Shown one piece after another: positions 1 to 8,722 of a stretch of 32,000 bases of DNA (position 1 is the stretch's first letter; the number at the start of each line of letters is the position of its first letter). The stretch is taken from the NCBI RefSeq assembly GCF_000019605.1, contig NC_010482.1, forward strand, positions 120,001 through 152,000, in the 5' to 3' direction. This DNA comes from Candidatus Korarchaeum cryptofilum OPF8 (lineage in GTDB: Archaea; Korarchaeota; Korarchaeia; Korarchaeales; Korarchaeaceae). Under the pieces are notes generated by a model. That model was not told the origin of the DNA, ran no database searches, and saw only the letters and a program-made list of their open reading frames with translations. The position numbers and the translations under genes were made by a program.

Positions 1-760
1 TTACCTTATCGAAAACATACATATCAACTCTGCTCCTCCCCAGAATGGTCGCAACCTCTAAGCTCTTAGCTAGGAAATCCAGGAGCTTCCCAGGTATGCC
101 CTCAGCTAGCCTGTTGGCAGCGATGATGACTTCCTCAGTCAGGGGCTCCAGTGGAGCCTCTGGGATCTTGCTCCTGAAAGCGCTCAACCTCCTGGATACG
201 AGGTTTATCGCTTCATCATCGGTCAGGGGCGGGATAGTTATCCTCTCATGAACCCTCGATGTCAGGGCGGGAAACCTCTTGTCGACCTCATCATAGGCCT
301 CGTCGCTCATAGCTGTAACTATGAGGATACCCTCGGGCATCACGGAGACTATCTCCCTCAACATCTCGAAGAAGAAGAAGGACCACCTCTCATCGGTGTA
401 GAGCATGTTGTGCACATCATCTAGGAGCAGCGCTGTGGGAGCTATTGAGTTCAAAGATTTAACTATCATGTCACCAGCATCTGCCGGGGAAGCCTTCAAG
501 TTCAGGAGCTCCTCCTCCGTCAAGGTATCGGGCATCCCGAGGAACAGTTTCTTCAGTGTCTTCGATATCCCCCTGGATCTCTCATATACAGTAGATAGTA
601 TGCTATCTATGGCATCAGGCCCCTCTACAGCGGATATCTCCTGGTATATTCCATCTAACTCAGCCCTATGGTAAGAATACCTGAGGAGATGAAGTCTGAG
701 GCTTCTCCCGGATCCCGGAGGTCCTGTTATCGTTACGAAAGCGGATGCTACTCCCGACAT
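1..760 (-). CDS. P-loop AAA-type ATPase (ExeA/AAA_22-like); 3' end runs off the window
   Basis: Hand translation of the minus strand. It is absent from the ORF track because there is no stop in the window. Sequence reads MSGVASAFVTITGPPGSGRS (Walker A) ... PTALLLDDVHNM (Walker B) ... ITIPPLTDDEAINLV. The frame is open from 901 down to 1, and the first canonical start is ATG at 760-758. Confidence 0.7.
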   Translation of the reverse strand, partial: MSGVASAFVTITGPPGSGRSLRLHLLRYSYHRAELDGIYQEISAVEGPDAIDSILSTVYERSRGISKTLKKLFLGMPDTLTEEELLNLKASPADAGDMIVKSLNSIAPTALLLDDVHNMLYTDERWSFFFFEMLREIVSVMPEGILIVTAMSDEAYDEVDKRFPALTSRVHERITIPPLTDDEAINLVSRRLSAFRSKIPEAPLEPLTEEVIIAANRLAEGIPGKLLDFLAKSLEVATILGRSRVDMYVFDKV

Positions 761-943
761 AGTTTCGGCAGCCAGCGAGTCTAAAACGTCATCAACCCAC
801 TGTTTACTGAATATCGAGGTAGGATCCTCAAGCTCGACGAGAGAAGACCTAAGAAAGGGATTTCTAGTCAGCCCGAAGAGCTTCTGATAGTAGCTTGGGC
901 TCACCGATCTCAATTTCACCACTCCCTGTCATGTCGATGGGAT

Positions 944-995
944 CGATTTAAAACCGTTAGTCGGATGGGACCCCCCTCATGATAAACCTTTTTAA
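944..995. promoter_or_regulatory. Divergent promoter region with two TATA-like boxes (GATTTAAAAC 944-953, CTTTTTAA 988-995)
   Basis: A/T boxes lie in the 124-nt spacer between the minus-strand ATPase and plus-strand EF-2. GGTGAT (1018-1023) resembles a Shine-Dalgarno site 6 nt before the TTG start at 1030. Confidence 0.3.
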
Positions 996-1029
996 CCCGT
1001 GGGGGCAAGCTGATCCCGGTGATTAAGCG

Positions 1030-3249
1030 TTGCAGAAGTATAAGAAGGTGATAGACCATCTTCAGGAGCTGATGAGAGATCCCAGAAACATTAGAAATAT
1101 AGGGATAATAGCGCACGTCGATCACGGGAAGACGACGCTCTCCGACAATCTATTGTCGGCCGCCGGGATGATAAGCGATAAGATGGCGGGGGAGATGAGG
1201 GCCCTGGACTATCATGAGATAGAGCAGCAGAGGGGGATAACGATAAAGGCAGCCAACATATCGCTTTACTACCAGAGAGATGGGAAGGAATTCGCGATAA
1301 ATCTCGTCGATACCCCGGGCCACATAGACTTCACCGGCCACGTCACAAGATCCCTTAGAGTCATAGACGGTGCTATAGTAGTCGTGGACTCTGTGGAGGA
1401 AGTGATGGTCCAGACCGAGACTGTGACGAGGCAGGCGCTAGAGGAGAGAGTGCGGCCCCTGCTCTTCATAAATAAGATAGATAGGCTCATAAAGGAGCTC
1501 AAGCTGACTCCTCAGGAGATACAGCAGAAGATACTCAGGATAATAAGGGATTTCAATGGATTGATAGAGGCTTATGGCGAGCCGGAGTTCAGGGAGAAGT
1601 GGAAGGTGAAGTGGGACAATGATAGCGTTGCCTTTGGCTCTGCTCTACATGGATGGGGTTTAACGAACTCTATAGCTGCGAAGAAGGGGATAAGGTTCTC
1701 CGATATAGTGGATATATATAATGAGGATCCCGAAGGCCTGGCCCTAAGGAGGGACATACCTGTTCATGAAGCATTGCTCGATATGGTCGCCCTGCACGTC
1801 CCAGACCCTATCGAGGCTCAATCCTATAGGGTTGAGAGGCTCTGGAGGGATAAACAGGATGAGGAGCTCTTCAATGCGCTTAAAAATTGCGATCCAAATG
1901 GTCCCCTCATAATGGGGGTTAATGCGGTTAGGATAGATCCGCACGCAGGTATAGTGGTGACAGGTAGAGTCTTCAGCGGAACTCTGCGTGAGGGTGAGGA
2001 TGTCTACCTAATAAATGCGAAGAAGAAGCAGAAGATACAGCAGACGAGCATATACATGGGTCCATACAGGATGAGGATGGATGAGATACCAGCGGGCAAC
2101 ATAGCGGCAGTTCTGGGATTGACGTCCGCTAGCTCAGGAGAGACCGTAGTCGCCGATGCTATAAAGGACAGGGTCATCTCGGGATTCGAAGCCATAAGGT
2201 ATGTAACTGAACCTGTGGTGACAGTTTCAGTCGAAGCTAAGAATCCTCAGGACCTCCCGAAGCTCATAGATACTTTGAGAAAGCTCACGCTTCAGGACCC
2301 GAATCTAGTAATGATACACAATCAGGAGACGGGAGAGATACTGCTCAAGGGCACTGGAGAGCTCCACCTGGAGATATCCCTATATGAAGTCAGGAAAGCT
2401 GGTCTAGAGTTTGATGTCAGTGAGCCAACAGTAGTTTACAGGGAGAGCGTTAGAGGTACAAGCGACGTTGTCCTAGCGAAATCCCCGAACAAGCTGAACA
2501 GGATATGGGTGACAGCCTCTCCATTGAATGATGAAGTGGTAGCGCTCATCAGGGAGGGCAGGGTCAACGAGAGGATGGACAGCAGGACTCTAGCTAAGGT
2601 CCTGAGGGAGGAGGGCAAGATGGATACTGAGGACGCTAGAAATGTGTGGACGATAGATGAGGAGAATTACAACCTCTTCATAAACAGGACTGTGGGCGTT
2701 CAGAGACTGGATGAGGTCAGGGAGATCTTGAGGCAAGGATTCATGTGGGTCATGAAGGAAGGGCCTCTAGCCGGCGAGCCGGTCATGGGTGTAGCTATAA
2801 GGCTAGTTAACGCGATGATACATGAGGATCCAGCCCACAGAGGACCAGCCCAGCTCACCCCAGCTGTTAGAAAGGCGATATTTGGTGCTATGCTGAGCGC
2901 AAATCCCGTGCTGCTGGAACCGATATACGAGATACAGGTCTCCACGCCCCCTGAACTGATAGGCTCCGTGATATCTTTGATCTCGCAGAAGAGGGGAAAG
3001 GTCGTCGGGATAGAGGAGAGGGGAAGGATAAGCATAGTTAAGGGATTCATACCGGTAAGGGAGACCTTAGGCGGTTTCAGTAATGAGATGAGGAGTATGA
3101 CGAGCGGAAGGGCCTTCTGGCAGACGAAGTTCTCCCACTGGGAGCCGCTGCCGAAGAGCCTCATGGAGCAGGTAGCGCTGGAGATAAGGAGAAGGAAGGG
3201 GATGAAGGAGGAGCTTCCGAAAGCGGAAGAGTACATGGATACCCTATGA
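1030..3249 (+). CDS. fusA: Translation elongation factor 2 (aEF-2)
   Basis: 739 aa. G1 motif is NIGIIAHVDHGKTTLSD and G3 is DTPGHIDF. The diphthamide-region motif is HEDPAHRGPAQ. The N-terminus MQKYKKVIDHLQELMRDPRNIRNIG matches the usual archaeal EF-2 N-terminus, which supports the TTG start. Confidence 0.98.
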   Translation: MQKYKKVIDHLQELMRDPRNIRNIGIIAHVDHGKTTLSDNLLSAAGMISDKMAGEMRALDYHEIEQQRGITIKAANISLYYQRDGKEFAINLVDTPGHIDFTGHVTRSLRVIDGAIVVVDSVEEVMVQTETVTRQALEERVRPLLFINKIDRLIKELKLTPQEIQQKILRIIRDFNGLIEAYGEPEFREKWKVKWDNDSVAFGSALHGWGLTNSIAAKKGIRFSDIVDIYNEDPEGLALRRDIPVHEALLDMVALHVPDPIEAQSYRVERLWRDKQDEELFNALKNCDPNGPLIMGVNAVRIDPHAGIVVTGRVFSGTLREGEDVYLINAKKKQKIQQTSIYMGPYRMRMDEIPAGNIAAVLGLTSASSGETVVADAIKDRVISGFEAIRYVTEPVVTVSVEAKNPQDLPKLIDTLRKLTLQDPNLVMIHNQETGEILLKGTGELHLEISLYEVRKAGLEFDVSEPTVVYRESVRGTSDVVLAKSPNKLNRIWVTASPLNDEVVALIREGRVNERMDSRTLAKVLREEGKMDTEDARNVWTIDEENYNLFINRTVGVQRLDEVREILRQGFMWVMKEGPLAGEPVMGVAIRLVNAMIHEDPAHRGPAQLTPAVRKAIFGAMLSANPVLLEPIYEIQVSTPPELIGSVISLISQKRGKVVGIEERGRISIVKGFIPVRETLGGFSNEMRSMTSGRAFWQTKFSHWEPLPKSLMEQVALEIRRRKGMKEELPKAEEYMDTL

Positions 3250-3813
3250 TCCTTTTTTCCCAATTTCTCTGAAGAATATGTAGGATCTCTCAATACAGGT
3301 CAAGTAACTCAGGATAGAGATTATGATGAGGCCCAAATCCACCTTATCTATCGCGCAGAAGAATGCCGATAATAGTAGCCTCTCCCCCCTTCCCGTCAAG
3401 CTGAACTCAGTCCCCCTAACTCCGAGGGACTCGGATCTCGATCTTATGTAGCTCGTGAGCATGGATGAGTGTATTGTGAGAGCGGCCCATAGGAGCTCCC
3501 TGGAGTAGATCCCCATGAAGAGGAAGAGGAGACCGTCCTCAACTCTATCAACGACTGAGTCAATGAAAGCACCCTTAGCCCCCGAATTCCCAGTCTTCCT
3601 AGCTACGGATCCATCCATCATATCGAAGAAACCACCAAGCAATATGAAAAGAGAGGCCAGGAGTGATTTCCTGAAGTAGAGGCTTAAAATGGACATTAGG
3701 AATGAGATGAACCCTAACATGGTGATGAGATTCGCACTGATCCCCATTCTGACTGCTATATCAGCTAATCCATCGAATAGCTTGGATGAGATACCCCTCA
3801 GGCGTTCGAGCAT
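3244..3813 (-). CDS. CDP-alcohol phosphatidyltransferase family protein (archaeal polar-lipid headgroup synthase type)
   Basis: 189 aa multi-pass membrane protein. It carries the signature D-G-x2-A-R-x8-G-x3-D-x3-D in DGSVARKTGNSGAKGAFIDSVVDRVED. Confidence 0.85.
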   Translation of the reverse strand: MLERLRGISSKLFDGLADIAVRMGISANLITMLGFISFLMSILSLYFRKSLLASLFILLGGFFDMMDGSVARKTGNSGAKGAFIDSVVDRVEDGLLFLFMGIYSRELLWAALTIHSSMLTSYIRSRSESLGVRGTEFSLTGRGERLLLSAFFCAIDKVDLGLIIISILSYLTCIERSYIFFREIGKKGS

Positions 3814-3868
3814 CAGTACCCCCGGCGGAGGGACTCACATTTTAATTTAGCCTTTTTCAATCAGTTGG

Positions 3869-4609
3869 ATGCCCGATCTAATAGTCATATTGGTGGAGCC
3901 GGAGAAGGCGGATAACGTTGGGATGATAGCTAGGGCGATGAAGAACTTCGGTTTCTATGAGCTAAGGGTCGTTAGACCCATGTTCGAGAGTTTCGATAGG
4001 GCTATAGCTGCAGCTATGAGGGCTAGAGATGTTATAGAGAGAATGGAGATCCTAACGACGCTTGAGGAAGCGAGAAGGGGAGTGGATTTAATGATAGGGA
4101 CTACCGCTAGAGTAAGCAGGTATTCCGTGGAGAGGAGGGCTATCCCGATAAGGGACCTCCTGTCGAGCATAAGTTGGGATGCAGTGTATGGCCTCGTCTT
4201 GGGAAGGGAATCGATAGGATTGACGACGGAGGAGCTCTCTTATTGCGATATAGTAGCAACTATACCTTCCAGTGAGGATTATCCGGCCCTGAACGTAGCT
4301 AATGCGGCTGCAATAATCCTTTACGAATTCTTCCTGGCCTTCAAGGATTCCTCCAGATTTGAGGTTAAGCCCGTGCCCAGAGAGGCTAGGGAAGTCATGA
4401 TAAGGTATATCGGGGAGGTAATCGATCTACTTGGGGGAATGCGCGATAGGGAGAGGTTCCTCTTCACTATGAGGAGGATGATAGAGAGGACCTTCCCCTG
4501 CGGTATCTCGGAGGAGGAGGCGTCCCAAGCGTTAGGTATTATAAAGGCTGTGAGGGATGCTTTGGCTAGGGTGAAAGGTCATGTCCCTGAGACCAGCCAG
4601 GAACTATAG
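3869..4609 (+). CDS. trmJ: SPOUT (SpoU/TrmH class) RNA 2'-O-methyltransferase, TrmJ-like
   Basis: N-terminus is LIVILVEPEKADNVGMIARAMKNFG. The C-terminal knot motifs are LVLGRESIGLTTEEL and ALNVANAAAIILYEF. There is an extra C-terminal domain, as in archaeal TrmJ. Confidence 0.75.
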   Translation: MPDLIVILVEPEKADNVGMIARAMKNFGFYELRVVRPMFESFDRAIAAAMRARDVIERMEILTTLEEARRGVDLMIGTTARVSRYSVERRAIPIRDLLSSISWDAVYGLVLGRESIGLTTEELSYCDIVATIPSSEDYPALNVANAAAIILYEFFLAFKDSSRFEVKPVPREAREVMIRYIGEVIDLLGGMRDRERFLFTMRRMIERTFPCGISEEEASQALGIIKAVRDALARVKGHVPETSQEL

Positions 4610-5111
4610 GGCCCTTCAGAGGCCATATACGAGGAAGGAGTACATAAAGAGCATACCATACAGTAAGATAACGAAGTTCGATCATGGCAACGTTCATGGG
4701 AAGTTCGAATATGAGGTGAGGATGGTAGCAGAAGCCAGCTTTCAAGTTAGGAGCAACGCTCTGGAAGCGGCTAGGATGACGGTCTTATCTCAGGTGAGGA
4801 AGGCTATCCCATCGGATGAAGCTTATTTCTTCAAGGTAGTCCACTATCCCCATCATATCCTGAGGAAGCACGCTATGGCTGGCGTTCATAAGGCTGAGAG
4901 GCTTCAGAAAGGTATGAGATTAGCTTTCGGTAAGCCCGATGCTAGAGCAGCGCAGATAAGGAGAGGGGATGTGATAATGTTCATGAGGGTCAATGAACAG
5001 CACTTAGAGGCAGCTAAGTACTGCATGAAGCTCGCTAAGCTCAAGATACCCTATATGACTAGGATAGATGTGGTCAGATTAGATGGAACTGAGGACGAAG
5101 AGGGAGCTTGA
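4581..5111 (+). CDS. rpl10e: 50S ribosomal protein L10e (uL16)
   Basis: MSLRPARNYRALQRPYTRKEYIKSIPYSKITKFDHGN is the typical L10e N-terminus. The gene overlaps the trmJ-like gene by 29 nt. Confidence 0.95.
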   Translation: MSLRPARNYRALQRPYTRKEYIKSIPYSKITKFDHGNVHGKFEYEVRMVAEASFQVRSNALEAARMTVLSQVRKAIPSDEAYFFKVVHYPHHILRKHAMAGVHKAERLQKGMRLAFGKPDARAAQIRRGDVIMFMRVNEQHLEAAKYCMKLAKLKIPYMTRIDVVRLDGTEDEEGA

Positions 5112-5700
5112 AATAATTTTGCAGCAGCTAGAGGAGCTGAGGGATCCGAAGCCCTCCCTTGAACAATGTCCCACGCCAGCCAACTTAGCTGCGGCTCTCA
5201 TACACATGTGTTACATGATGGGGGACCTCGAGGGGAAGAGCGTTGCCGATCTGGGATGCGGGAATGGGATACTAGCGATAGGAGCCCTCCTCTATGGTGC
5301 ATCCTCAGCGATCGGAATAGATTTAGATCCTGAAGCTATAGAGATCGCTAAAAGAAATGCTGATAGGTTAGGATTGCTTGGAAGAGCTAGATTTCTAGTG
5401 ATGGATGTGAGAGATTTCTCTGAGGAGGTGGATACTGTGATTCAGAATCCTCCGTTCGGTAGTAGGAGGAGGCATGCTGATACCCTATTCCTAGATGTCG
5501 CCCTCAGGAGAGCTAAGGTCGTTTACTCCCTGCATTCCGCTGGTAATTCCGAGTTCCTTAGGAAGTTCGCCCTGAAGAGAGGGGCCATCCTCACGCACGT
5601 AGAGAGGTGGCCCTTCCCCCTCAGGAGGATATTTCCCCATCATAAGAGGAGGATCGTTGAGATCCCCGTTGAGATATTGAGATTTGAGGTGATTGGATGA
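5083..5700 (+). CDS. Class I SAM-dependent methyltransferase, COG2263/METTL5-like (predicted rRNA N6-adenine methylase)
   Basis: SAM motif I is VADLGCGNGILAI and the catalytic motif IV is VIQNPPFG. The N-terminus contains LEQCPTP, as in this family. The gene overlaps rpl10e by 29 nt. Confidence 0.8.
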   Translation: MELRTKRELEIILQQLEELRDPKPSLEQCPTPANLAAALIHMCYMMGDLEGKSVADLGCGNGILAIGALLYGASSAIGIDLDPEAIEIAKRNADRLGLLGRARFLVMDVRDFSEEVDTVIQNPPFGSRRRHADTLFLDVALRRAKVVYSLHSAGNSEFLRKFALKRGAILTHVERWPFPLRRIFPHHKRRIVEIPVEILRFEVIG

Positions 5701-6302
5701 GGGAGATTGTCGTCCCTGGAGAGAGGATAGGTGTCGTTGAGGAATATGTGGGGGCCGAGGGGATATTCGAGATTAAGGGTGTGCTCTACTCCTCTCACCT
5801 CGGCCTCTTGGAGAAGAAGGATCTGGAGGTCAATGTTAAGCCTATCAAGAGACCTATATTACCAGTTAAACCCGGAGAAATCGCTCTAGGGGAGATAAGG
5901 AGCGCTGATAGGAGCAGCTTCAACCTCTTCCTTACTTTGCTCCTGAGACCCAGAGTGAGCATTCTAATACCTCCAGTTCACGCTAACATGCCCAAGAGGG
6001 GCTCAAATATAGGAGCTAGGCCGAGCGATATCGTAATAGTCAGGGTGGAGAGCGTTGAAAACGGTATCGTCACGGTGACGATGGAGGGAGCCCATGAGCT
6101 AGGTGTGATCAGGAGCATATGCGAGTCTTGCGGATCCGTGCTCGATAGGGGTGTCGGATATACTTTAATATGTAGGAGATGCGGTAAGATATACCTTGAT
6201 AAGAGGCTGAGCAGTAAGTACGGGTGGAACCCCTTCAAGGAAGGGTTGTTGAATGTTAGGGGAGGAAAAGAGAACCCTGGTCCTTTCGATAGAAAAATCT
6301 GA
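5697..6302 (+). CDS. csl4: Exosome complex RNA-binding subunit Csl4
   Basis: N-terminus is VVPGERIGVVEEY, followed by an S1-like middle region. The C-terminal zinc ribbon is CESCGSVL...CRRCGKIY. There is an ATGA start/stop overlap with the upstream methylase, and the position beside rpoL is conserved. Confidence 0.8.
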   Translation: MREIVVPGERIGVVEEYVGAEGIFEIKGVLYSSHLGLLEKKDLEVNVKPIKRPILPVKPGEIALGEIRSADRSSFNLFLTLLLRPRVSILIPPVHANMPKRGSNIGARPSDIVIVRVESVENGIVTVTMEGAHELGVIRSICESCGSVLDRGVGYTLICRRCGKIYLDKRLSSKYGWNPFKEGLLNVRGGKENPGPFDRKI

Positions 6303-6336
6303 GCTTTCGGATTTTTTGGAGTACTTAGAGAGGAGG

Positions 6337-6882
6337 ATGGGTGGTAGAGACTACTCCTATAAGTACTCCGTGGACTCGGGCCTAAAAATAACCTTATTTG
6401 GGGACAAGGAGGAGCTCAGGGATTCTGAGGCTATAGTGAGGAGATCTTACAGGAACTTCAGGATAGTCAGAAACCCCGTAGGGGGGCTCTACAGATACCC
6501 GTCCGATTGGTTATCTGAGCACGGAGGTATCTCGATGAGCCTACTGACCCTCTCCCTCAGAGCTGCTGGTCTCACAGCGATCTGGAAAGAGGACATACTT
6601 CATACGGCGCTTGAGCCGGAGGAGATAATAGATTTAATGCTCGAGTTGAAGTCCCTATCTGAGGAGATAAGGTATGAGGTGAGGCAGAGAAAGGCCAGGG
6701 AGGTAATAGTAGCTGTTTCCGTTAATTCAGGCGTTTCTCCCTTCGATGTTCTTGAACTAGCTGAGGAGGAGGGGTTCATGGAGAAGGATGATGAGGGGCT
6801 CTGGAGGTTCAAAGCCGATCCTGAGCTAGTGATGAGGGAGCTGATAAAGAAGCTCGTAGGGAGGGAGGAGTATGGAGATTGA
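6337..6882 (+). CDS. Hypothetical protein embedded between csl4 and rpoL
   Basis: The ORF is open from ATG 6253, which would overlap csl4 by 50 nt. I prefer the in-frame ATG at 6337, which is preceded by AGGAGG (6331-6336). I recognise no family. Composition is acidic and helical toward the C-terminus. Confidence 0.55.
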   Translation: MGGRDYSYKYSVDSGLKITLFGDKEELRDSEAIVRRSYRNFRIVRNPVGGLYRYPSDWLSEHGGISMSLLTLSLRAAGLTAIWKEDILHTALEPEEIIDLMLELKSLSEEIRYEVRQRKAREVIVAVSVNSGVSPFDVLELAEEEGFMEKDDEGLWRFKADPELVMRELIKKLVGREEYGD

Positions 6883-7168
6883 GGTAGTCGATGTCTCGAG
6901 AAATGAGATAAGAGTTCTCATAAGGGGAGAGACGCATACTCTACTGAGCCCCCTGGTTGAGGAGCTGAATTCCCTCGATGAAGTGGAATTCGCCGGTTAT
7001 GACGTCCCTCACCCACTTAAGGAGGAATCAGTACTGTTCCTAAGGGTCAAGGAGGGGATGAACCCGAGGGAAGTGCTGAAGGGAGCTATCAGGAGGCTCA
7101 TGGAGAAATATGAGATCATAGGGAATAGCTTCATCGAGGAGCTGAGCTCCCTCAAGGTAAATCATTGA
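6872..7168 (+). CDS. rpoL: DNA-directed RNA polymerase subunit L (Rpo11)
   Basis: 98 aa. MEIEVVDVSRNEIRVLIRGETHTLLSPLVEELN...VEFAGYDVPHPL is the classic RpoL/RBP11 pattern. Confidence 0.9.
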   Translation: MEIEVVDVSRNEIRVLIRGETHTLLSPLVEELNSLDEVEFAGYDVPHPLKEESVLFLRVKEGMNPREVLKGAIRRLMEKYEIIGNSFIEELSSLKVNH

Positions 7169-8076
7169 AATTTTATAGAAGAGCCGCTCAATATACTATC
7201 CAGAGAGTTCCTCCAGAGCAAGTGGAATACCCTTCCACTCCTCTTATCCACTACGGCCTCGAAATCTATATACCCCCTTTCCATATAGTATATCATCGCC
7301 TCAGCCGTGCAATTCCTCCAAACATCAACGGAATTTCTGGCTCTAGCCTCTTCAATGCTTCTGGGGATCTCCACTAGGGCTAGATCTCCATCTATTTTCC
7401 TGAAACCGCAGGGTCTCCCCTCGGAATCGAATTCGATTACTTCCTCAGCACCAGCTGCTAATGCGTCCTCGTAACTCGGTGATTCCAGCTCACCCCTCGC
7501 TTTCCTAATCACTCTCTCGCTATCGAGGAACCACCAAGCCTTCAACCTATCTGTCCTCAATCCCCTGTTTATAGAATCTTCCATGTAACCGTAATAATTG
7601 ACGCGGTACTCCCAGCTGACGACACCCAGCTTCCCTAAGTTGAACCTCGTGTTCAATGCTTGTAATGGATCGAAGGTCCATTTAGCCCTTCTCAGACCTC
7701 TCTTCATCGCTGCTTCCCTCTGAGCCTGCTTTACGATGAATCCCAGACCAGAGCCCTTGGCCTCATCGACTACAGCGCTCTGATGGGAGTAATGGTAGAG
7801 GCCCCTCTCATCCATAGCTAGGAAGCCCCATGCGAATGCTAGAGCTTCTCCAGTATCTATATCGAAGGCCGCTACGACTATACCGGAGTTATCCGATGCG
7901 GCTTTGAGCACATGAGATGGGACGGCTTCAGCCCTGTCCTGCATCCCCCAGGCGGACACCTGAACATCAACTAATTTCCTAATATCCTCAGGATCAGCTA
8001 CTTCCTTGACCTCGATTCTCCTCAGCTTCCCTCCTATCTCCTTGAGGAAGACCCTTCCTAAGAATTCCGGGACCAT
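7162..8076 (-). CDS. GNAT-superfamily acetyltransferase-like protein (COG3375-like)
   Basis: 304 aa. Contains the acetyl-CoA-binding-type segment SAVVDEAKGSGLGFIVKQAQREAAMKRGL and WTFDPLQALN. No alternative start lies downstream of 8076 before the conserved region. Confidence 0.6.
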   Translation of the reverse strand: MVPEFLGRVFLKEIGGKLRRIEVKEVADPEDIRKLVDVQVSAWGMQDRAEAVPSHVLKAASDNSGIVVAAFDIDTGEALAFAWGFLAMDERGLYHYSHQSAVVDEAKGSGLGFIVKQAQREAAMKRGLRRAKWTFDPLQALNTRFNLGKLGVVSWEYRVNYYGYMEDSINRGLRTDRLKAWWFLDSERVIRKARGELESPSYEDALAAGAEEVIEFDSEGRPCGFRKIDGDLALVEIPRSIEEARARNSVDVWRNCTAEAMIYYMERGYIDFEAVVDKRSGRVFHLLWRNSLDSILSGSSIKFQ

Positions 8077-8722
8077 TTCCCCTCACCCTCTTGATCACCA
8101 GGTATAGCAGGACTATCGTCACTGAGGCAAATATTAAGAGATTCTCCACACTGTCTATCCAGGAGGATACCTCCTCATAAGCCTCCCCGACCATGAAGCC
8201 GAGCATTCCGAGGAATGAGTACCTCAAGAAGGTCCCGCTAAGAGTAGCCAAAGTATAGGGGAGGATCCTCATCCCCATCATGCCCGCCCCGAGGGAGACG
8301 ACCGATATGGGAAATACTGGAACGGATCTCAGGATGAAAATCGAGATAATTTCATTTTTCCCGGATACCTTCATGAGTATCTCATCTAACTCGCTGGAAT
8401 TCGTCCCCAGGTACTTCCCATATCTGTCGATGAGCGCCCTCCCGCCATACAGGCCTATGAGATAGTGCAGCAGAGCCCCTAATGTGGCTGACAGGCCCCC
8501 AACCACACCTATTAAAAGAGTTGAAATGTAGAGAGCTTCAATCATTCCCGAACCACTCGGTATGAGGGAGAAACCCGCTACCATCGGGACGAGGGGCGAT
8601 GGTATTATCGTTACCAGCGTCTCTAACATAACCCCGAGGAATATACCTAAGGCGCCTAAGCTCCTAACCCACTCCCTCGCCATCTCGGTCATCCAATGAA
8701 TCATGCCCTCCACTCTCATCAC
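7994..8722 (-). CDS. DedA / TVP38-TMEM64 (VTT domain) family membrane protein
   Basis: Multi-pass membrane protein with YLIGLYGGRALIDRYGKYL and LRSVPVFPISVVSLGAGMMGM motifs. The start is ambiguous, with Met codons at 8722, 8719, 8704, 8692 and 8683. All of them overlap the upstream regulator gene. Confidence 0.75.
   Translation of the reverse strand: MMRVEGMIHWMTEMAREWVRSLGALGIFLGVMLETLVTIIPSPLVPMVAGFSLIPSGSGMIEALYISTLLIGVVGGLSATLGALLHYLIGLYGGRALIDRYGKYLGTNSSELDEILMKVSGKNEIISIFILRSVPVFPISVVSLGAGMMGMRILPYTLATLSGTFLRYSFLGMLGFMVGEAYEEVSSWIDSVENLLIFASVTIVLLYLVIKRVRGNGPGILRKGLPQGDRREAEENRGQGSS

Noticed and set aside
2700-3293. 197-aa minus-strand ORF antisense to the 3' part of EF-2
   Set aside because: It lies fully inside an unambiguous EF-2 coding region. 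Its S/L/P-rich low-complexity translation is typical of an antisense frame, and I recognise no motif.
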